From contig CDROCS010001360.1 in NCBI GenBank assembly GCA_977020255.1, positions 558,001 to 622,000 on the forward strand: a stretch of DNA of 64,000 nucleotides, given 5' to 3'. The notes beneath the pieces were generated by a model. It worked only from the letters and a program-made list of their open reading frames with translations. It had not been told where the DNA came from and did not search any database. This document shows, in pieces, positions 60,645 to 64,000 of this stretch. How positions within the stretch are numbered: the stretch's first letter is position 1; each line of letters opens with the position of its first letter. Made by a program: the position numbers and the translations under genes. Origin of the DNA: Obrimoposthia wandeli. Taxonomy: Eukaryota.

Positions 60645-61433
60645 TTATCTTTTCAGTTGATTAACTGTTTGAAGCATTGAGTCAGTTGTATTAATAGATT
60701 TTGAATTTGCTTCATATGCTCTTTGTGCTGTAATTAAATTAACCATCTCTGTAACTAATTGAACATTAGAACCTTCAATCATACCTTGTCTAAGTGATCC
60801 AACTCCATCTATTCCTGGAGTTGCTTCAATAGGATCTCCTGAAGTATTTGTTGCTAAGTATAGGCTATCTCCTTGCGGAGCTAATCCTGCTGGGTTAATA
60901 AAGTTTACTAATGTAATTTGACCCAATACTGATGTTTCTCCTGTTGTAGCATTTTGTCCAGTAACTGTTCCATCTTGTGCAATTGAAATTTTTATAAGAT
61001 CAGATGGGATTACAATTTCTGGATCAAGTTTATATCCTTGCGAGTCGACCATTGCCCCTTCACTGTCAAGTTTAAAACCACCATTTTTAGTATATGCAGT
61101 TTCTCCTGCAGGTGTTGTTATTTTAAAAAAACCATTACCTTGAATTGCCAGATCGTATGTATTTCCTGTTTCTTTTAAATTACCTTGCAAAAAGTTTTTT
61201 TGTATACCTGAAACTCTTACTCCTAATCCTGTATCTATACCCGTAGGGTTATTAGTTGTGGCAGATGTAGCACCTGCTGTATAGTTTAATGATTGGTACA
61301 TAAGATCTTGAAATTCAGCTCTATCTTGTTTAAATCCATTAGTATTTACATTGGCAATATTGTTTGAAATTACATCGATATTTGTTTGTTGAGCTGTCAT
61401 ACCTGCTGCGGCTGTGTATAATCCTCTAATCAT
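60645..61433 (-). CDS. flgG: Distal flagellar rod protein FlgG
   Basis: LYTAAAGM, SNNIANVNTNGFK, DLAIQGNGFF, GSNVQLVTEMVNLITAQRAYEANSK. Confidence 0.97.
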   Translation of the reverse strand: MIRGLYTAAAGMTAQQTNIDVISNNIANVNTNGFKQDRAEFQDLMYQSLNYTAGATSATTNNPTGIDTGLGVRVSGIQKNFLQGNLKETGNTYDLAIQGNGFFKITTPAGETAYTKNGGFKLDSEGAMVDSQGYKLDPEIVIPSDLIKISIAQDGTVTGQNATTGETSVLGQITLVNFINPAGLAPQGDSLYLATNTSGDPIEATPGIDGVGSLRQGMIEGSNVQLVTEMVNLITAQRAYEANSKSINTTDSMLQTVNQLKR

Positions 61434-61567
61434 CTCTTATCCTTATTGGTATTAATTACTAATATTTTACTAGATATTGTATTAAAGATATATAAAACAA
61501 AATTAAGATAAATTTTAAATAAACTTTAGTATACTGTATTTAGTATTTTATATTATAAAGGGATATT

Positions 61568-61936
61568 ATGAGGATATTAATAGTAGATGACAGTTCAACA
61601 ATGAGAAGAATCATTGGAAACGTAGTTCAACAATTAGGTGTACCAAAAGAAGATTTTGACGAAGCAGAAGACGGTGTTATTGCCTGGAAACTGTTCCAAG
61701 AAAACAATAATTATGATGTAGTTTTAACAGACTGGAACATGCCAAATATGAATGGTCTAGAGTTAGTAAAAACTATTAGAGCAGTAGATAAGAAAGTTCC
61801 AATTGTAATGATTACTACTGAAGGTGGTAAAGGTGAAGTTATAACGGCATTAAAAGCTGGAGTTAATAATTACATAGTAAAACCTTTTAGTGCCGAAATT
61901 CTAAAAGAAAAACTAGATGGTCTAGTTAAAGTATAA
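61568..61936 (+). CDS. cheY: Chemotaxis response regulator CheY
   Basis: VDDSSTMR, TDWNMPNMNG, TTEG, YIVKPF. Confidence 0.96.
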   Translation: MRILIVDDSSTMRRIIGNVVQQLGVPKEDFDEAEDGVIAWKLFQENNNYDVVLTDWNMPNMNGLELVKTIRAVDKKVPIVMITTEGGKGEVITALKAGVNNYIVKPFSAEILKEKLDGLVKV

Positions 61937-61939
61937 CCT

Positions 61940-62794
61940 ATGAGTATGAGTCAAGAAGAAATTGAAGCACTGATGAGTGGTGCGGATGATATACAAGTTG
62001 ACGACGTTGAAGAAGAAACAAGTGAAGATGAAATTTTAGAACAAGTTTCTATTGAAGATGAAGAACCAACAGAAGAGATTAATGTAGATGATATCTTAGC
62101 TGGTATTGATGGTATTGTTGACGATGAAGAATCATTAGAAGAGATTAATGTAGATGATATCTTAGCTGGCATTGATGGTATTATTGATGATGATGAAGTG
62201 TCAGAACCTGTCTCTTCTAATAAATCGGAAGTTTCAGAAATGGAAGAAAAGATTAATAGTAATCAATACCCTTTACCAGTAAGTGATGAAAATAAAGTTG
62301 TAAACCAGTTAAATGAAGTCGCAGATGATAGTGAAGAAAAAGCTTCACAAATATTTGATGTCTTGAGTTTTATTTTAGATGAAAATACTGAAATTGCAAA
62401 ATATAATAAGAATATGTCTGAATTTATAGCTCAACAAGCAGCGTTATTAGAGTCTTTATCTGTAAAATTTCCTAATGTAAATGTGTTTTCTGAGAATTTA
62501 GAGAAAGCAAAAGATTTGTTAATTACTTCTGATGAATTAGGGTCAAAAGTAGATGCCGAAAACAATAAAGTATTTGAAGCTATGGAATTGATGCAATATC
62601 ATGATATAAATAGACAAAAAATAGAAAGAGTTATGGCAGTAATTAAAAAACTTAGTAGTTATTTAAACGGAATATTTGAAGATGATTCAGGAAAAGCTGA
62701 AGTTCAAATTGCTAAACATATTTCAGGTGATTCAAATGATATCGTTGATAGTGATGATATTGAGTCATTAATTTCAGAATTTTCAGCAGAATAA
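61940..62794 (+). CDS. cheZ: Campylobacterota-type CheZ phosphatase with acidic repeat linker
   Basis: MQYHDINRQKIERV (D-x3-Q), C-terminal DDIESLISEF; directly after cheY. Confidence 0.8.
   Translation: MSMSQEEIEALMSGADDIQVDDVEEETSEDEILEQVSIEDEEPTEEINVDDILAGIDGIVDDEESLEEINVDDILAGIDGIIDDDEVSEPVSSNKSEVSEMEEKINSNQYPLPVSDENKVVNQLNEVADDSEEKASQIFDVLSFILDENTEIAKYNKNMSEFIAQQAALLESLSVKFPNVNVFSENLEKAKDLLITSDELGSKVDAENNKVFEAMELMQYHDINRQKIERVMAVIKKLSSYLNGIFEDDSGKAEVQIAKHISGDSNDIVDSDDIESLISEFSAE
62071..62193 (+). repeat. In-frame tandem duplication, period 66 nt
   Basis: AGAAGAGATTAATGTAGATGATATCTTAGCTGG.. at 62071 and 62137; EEINVDDILAGIDGI(V/I)DD twice. Confidence 0.92.
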
Positions 62795-62806
62795 AAAAGG
62801 AAAACT

Positions 62807-63526
62807 ATGACTCAAGGTATACATCAATTAACAGCAAGTATGGTAAATCAACTAAATAGAGTTGATGTAATATCTAATAATTTAGCCAATGTAAATACTG
62901 TAGGTTTTAAAGAAGATAACTTGGCAGAAGGTACTTTTAATAGATATTTAAAACAACAAGAAAAAAAAGATGAAGTTGTTTTAAAAGAGAGTCTAATCAT
63001 GGATACTATACCAAAAATTGATTCAAGTTATAAAAGTGAATCAGTTGGTGGATTAACACAAACAGGAAATAGTCTAGATTTTGCACTTAAAGATAGAAAC
63101 ATATTTTTTAAAGTACAAAATGATCAAGGAAATATTGAATACACTAGGGACGGTTCCTTTAAAAATATAGAGGACGTACTCGTTACTCAAAATGGTTATA
63201 AAGTGTTAGACAATAATAATGAATCAATAGACATTAATAATCCCGAATTTGCTAATACAATTTCAATTCAAAAAATAGATTTTAAAAATTTGGATAAAAT
63301 AGGAAATAACAATTATAAAGCTATCGATAATGAACAAATAGAGGTTGTAGCTTTCATTGACAATTATCTTTTACAAGGATCATTAGAAAAAAGTAACGTA
63401 AATACTATTAGAACGATGGTTGGATTAATTGAAGCACAAAGAAAATTCGAGCAATCACAAAAAGCCATAACAGGAATAGATCAAATTAATGCTAAAGTAA
63501 TTGAGTCTATAGGTAACTCAAAATAA
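62807..63526 (+). CDS. flgF: Flagellar rod protein, FlgF-like
   Basis: SNNLANVNTVGFK, TGNSLDFAL, YTRDGSF, EKSNVNTIRTMVGLIEAQRKFE. Confidence 0.78.
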   Translation: MTQGIHQLTASMVNQLNRVDVISNNLANVNTVGFKEDNLAEGTFNRYLKQQEKKDEVVLKESLIMDTIPKIDSSYKSESVGGLTQTGNSLDFALKDRNIFFKVQNDQGNIEYTRDGSFKNIEDVLVTQNGYKVLDNNNESIDINNPEFANTISIQKIDFKNLDKIGNNNYKAIDNEQIEVVAFIDNYLLQGSLEKSNVNTIRTMVGLIEAQRKFEQSQKAITGIDQINAKVIESIGNSK

Positions 63527-63539
63527 AAGGCTATAAAAT

Positions 63540-63944
63540 ATGCAAGCAAGTAGTGTAACTGAACTTTTATTTCATCAATTGAATTATCGAGGGGAAAGAC
63601 AAAAAACAATCTCTTCTAATATAGCAAATATAGATACACCTGATTTTAAAACTAAAGATTTGAAATTTAAAGATCAACTAAGAAAATCTAATGAAGAGAA
63701 CAATTTAAAACTAGCAACAACACATAGTATGCATATGGAGTTAAATAGTGATATGAAACAATCTTCTTTTGATGTTTATGAAGTTGAAGGTCTGGTAGAA
63801 CAAAATGATGGAAATAATGTAAATCTTGATACTCAAATGAGTGAAATGTCAAAAAACTCAGTTATGTTTAATGCTGTTAAAAGTTCGATTAAGAAAGACT
63901 CTACATGGTTTAAAACGATGATAGACTCTTCAAGTAAAAACTAA
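63540..63944 (+). CDS. flgB: Proximal rod protein FlgB
   Basis: RQKTISSNIANIDTPDFK, DGNNVNLDTQM. Confidence 0.95.
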   Translation: MQASSVTELLFHQLNYRGERQKTISSNIANIDTPDFKTKDLKFKDQLRKSNEENNLKLATTHSMHMELNSDMKQSSFDVYEVEGLVEQNDGNNVNLDTQMSEMSKNSVMFNAVKSSIKKDSTWFKTMIDSSSKN

Positions 63945-63961
63945 CGTAGGATATAATAAAT

Positions 63962-64000
63962 ATGGAACAAATTTTTAAGTTTATAAATAACCTTAATGCT
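63962..64000 (+). CDS. fliF: Probable FliF N-terminus (runs off the window edge)
   Basis: AGGA RBS; MEQIFKFINNLNA; 13 codons only, so the call rests on recalled Arcobacter FliF starts and gene order. Confidence 0.6.
   Translation, partial: MEQIFKFINNLNA

Noticed and set aside
62071-62193. CRISPR-like repeat
   Set aside because: Only two in-frame copies inside a coding sequence, with no unique spacers and no cas genes.
1-64000. tRNA, rRNA, CRISPR arrays and phase-variable poly-G/C tracts
   Set aside because: None recognised by eye; tRNAscan-SE, Infernal and CRISPR finders would be needed to exclude them formally.

Overview
AT-rich 64 kb chromosomal window from a Campylobacterota bacterium, most likely Arcobacteraceae. 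This is inferred from the flagellar gene order, the FliF N-terminus MEQIFKFINNLN, and the epsilon-type CheZ, HisZ, DUF507 and CemR proteins. Most of it is housekeeping: serS (partial), trpS, purA, carA, proC/proA, ndk, rpmF-plsX-fabH, pyrE, frr, secG, panC, cmoA, era, clpSA, queF, folB, plsY, nadAC, ispDF, rpmE, rsmI and mrdA. There are two flagellar/chemotaxis clusters (about 2-13 kb and 58.7-64 kb) and a short GspE/GspF (Cts-like) operon. Main findings: (1) The convergent gspF/clpA junction occurs three times in diverged form and brackets two integrase-less cassettes, a Fic gene and a decayed metallophosphoesterase-STAND gene; this looks like a tandem-integration hotspot for defence-type cargo. 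(2) A well-formed c-di-GMP-I riboswitch lies directly after fabH, upstream of an uncharacterised 79-aa membrane protein. (3) A CheC/FliY-like domain is fused to a TM helix and a SPOR-like domain next to flgG/cheY/cheZ. (4) FlgK carries two tandem inserted ~120-aa domains. No tRNA, rRNA, CRISPR array, integrase or IS was recognised. All family assignments come from motif recognition by eye; no database search was run.
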